Part shown: positions 62,190 to 64,000 of the stretch, in pieces
Layout: the number at the start of each line of letters is the position of its first letter
Numbering within the stretch: position 1 is the first letter of the stretch
NCBI GenBank assembly: GCA_036785375.1
Contig: JAWMAR010000244.1
Location: forward strand, 1,426,001 to 1,490,000
Length of the DNA: 64,000 nt
Direction: 5' to 3'
Source: Leucoraja ocellata
Taxonomy: Eukaryota
Position numbers and translations under genes: made by a program
The notes under the pieces: generated by a model
Told to the model about the DNA's origin: nothing
Databases searched by the model: none
Seen by the model: only the letters and a program-made list of their open reading frames with translations

Positions 62190-63082
62190 GTCTAAGATGG
62201 CGGACTGCAGGAATGGGGCGCCATTGTGTATGGCTGCTCTGCCTGCAGTCCGTCCTTTCACCTGTTTTATTTTTTTTTTGGTCCTGTTAAAACAAAATGT
62301 TTGTTGGAGGTCTTTTATGTGGTGGGTGGGGGGAGGGGAAGGGGGAAACTTTATTTCCTAGTCCCTACCTGGTCAGAGAGGCGGCTTCCCTCCGAGCTGC
62401 TTCTTCGCCCCTTCCTCACGCCTACCATTGGACTGGAGCGGCATTTCCTGACGGGATCGGCCGGGACTACAGATTCGGCGGCGACACAGCACTGGGACAC
62501 CATCACGGAGCGGGCGATGCCTTACCGGCTCGCCGTGCGGTAAGCTCCGGAGTGCTGTGACCGCCGACTCCAACATCCGAGGAGCTGTGGCTGCGGGCGT
62601 ACAGCCGCGGGCGGCGCTGGATTTAAAACACCGCGGAGCCTGGGATCCGAGATCGCCAGAGTCGGAGCTCCAACCAGCGCTGCCTGAGGACTTCGGGTGC
62701 ACAGTCTCCGGGAGGAAGCGGCCGCTCCAGACATTTCCAAGTCGCTGAGGAGCGTTCACCCGACGCCGGAGTTCCATCTTCCCGGCAAGAGGGCCTGAAA
62801 ACATCGGACTGGCTGCGGAGGCAACAAATAGGCCCCGACCTCGGGTGATCATAGAGGAAGAGGACTGAACTTTCTGATGCCTTTCCCCACAGTGGAAAAT
62901 TTTGATTCTGTTGTGGGGGACGTTCATGTTGAATTCTATAATGTGTTGTGTCATTTTTCTTTTTATTAATTTTTCTATGGATGCACGGAAACTTAATTAT
63001 TTCTTCTATGTAAAGCACTTTGGTTTCAATGCGAGTTGATTTAAACGTGCTATATAAATACAATTTACTTACTTACTTACTC
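62190..63082 (+). mobile_element. GC-rich non-coding retroposon, apparently full length
   Basis: Starts AAGATGGCGG; CpG-rich body; 3' stem CCCCACAG...TTGTGGGG; (TTAC)n tail at 63065-63082; no credible ORF. Confidence 0.72.
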
Positions 63083-63171
63083 ATACCTCTTGCAAAAACG
63101 CCATTCCTATTCTTAATTTCCCCGACTCAGCCGCATCTGCTCCCAAGATGAGGCTTTTCATTCCAGGACCG

Positions 63172-63468
63172 ACTGGCTGGAGATCTTGTAGACATCGTCA
63201 ACCTTCCATTATGGAGATGTATGCTTCCCACCTGTTTTAAAAGGGCATCAGTAATAGCGGTACCTTAGAATAAGGTGACATGTCTCAATGACTACTGACT
63301 AGTGGAACTAACATCCGTGCTGATTAACTACTTTGAGAGGTTGGTTGTGGCGCATATCAACTCCTACAATAGTAAGAATCTGGACCCACTACAATTTGCC
63401 AATTTGCTTACCGCCACGATAGATCAACGGGAATGTGATCTCATTGGCTCCCCACTATGGACTGGCCT
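63172..63468 (+). mobile_element. Rex1 RT fragment
   Basis: CLNDY..VELTSVLINYFERLV...NLDPLQFA; homologous to 15515-15800. Confidence 0.8.
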
Positions 63469-64000
63469 TCTTTGCAACGGCGAAAACAAGCATATTCGAG
63501 ATGACTGTTTTGTCGAACACTTGTGCTTGATCCACCGATGCCTACTGAACATCCCAAATGCTAACAATTTTAACTCCCCCTCCCCTTCCCATACTGACCT
63601 TTATATCCTGGGCCTCCTCCATTGCCAGAGTACCACGGATGTTATTGCCACTGGTCAGCAGTCACACGTAAACTGAATGAACACCACTTCATATTCCACT
63701 GGGGTAGCTTGCAACCCAGAGGTATGATCATTAAATTCAACAATTTTAGGTAAACAAAACAGTCCCCTCATTTTTCCTCAACTCGTTTATCCCCATTCCC
63801 CACCATTTTTAACTTTTCATCTCATGCTTTTGTCCAACCTTCTGCTAATCAAAAAAAACATCTTGCTTGTATCCACCTGTCACTTGCCAAGCTTTTTCCT
63901 GCCCTCACACTTTCCCCTGCTTTCACCCCATGACTACAGCCAGTCTGAAGTAGGGTCCCAACCAGAAATGTCACCTATCCATGTTTTCCAGAGAGGCTGC

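Larger units (their letters stand above)
62070..64000 (+). mobile_element. Fragmented Penelope-like element (62070-62180, 63083-63170, 63470-64000) interrupted by two inserts
   Basis: FLISVSITRDRLSTDVYYKPTDS (PLE RT thumb), LGLLHCQS, and pseudo-LTR with CTGAAGTAGGGTCCC at 63945. Confidence 0.75.

Overview
Repeat-dense, gene-poor eukaryotic DNA. The repeat complement (HE1-type tRNA-derived SINEs, CR1 LINEs, Rex1/Babar, Penelope-like elements, Deu-domain SINEs) points to an elasmobranch, probably a skate or ray; this is an inference. I see no intact host gene: every recognisable ORF is a decayed retroelement or transposase fragment (CR1, Rex1, Penelope RT/GIY-YIG, Gypsy pol, Tc1). Five structures stand out. 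(1) Five copies of a non-autonomous Helitron-like family with TC...hairpin-CTAG ends, a covarying terminal hairpin and different cargo; two copies share a TATA/splice-donor cassette and one carries a 37-bp array with poly(A) signals on both strands. (2) An inverted local duplication that supplies the empty insertion site for one of these Helitrons. (3) About 15-18 Penelope-derived short repeats with a minimal hammerhead ribozyme core, some inserted alone with 12-15 bp target-site duplications (TSDs). (4) A TA-flanked MITE whose interior is a fold-back of a GC-rich non-coding retroposon family also present in the window. (5) An isolated perfect 21-bp hairpin. Five N gaps (5534-5718, 27904-28269, 28285-28731, 39400-39575, 59885-60084) limit interpretation. 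All family names come from motif recognition by eye, and boundaries of old elements are approximate.
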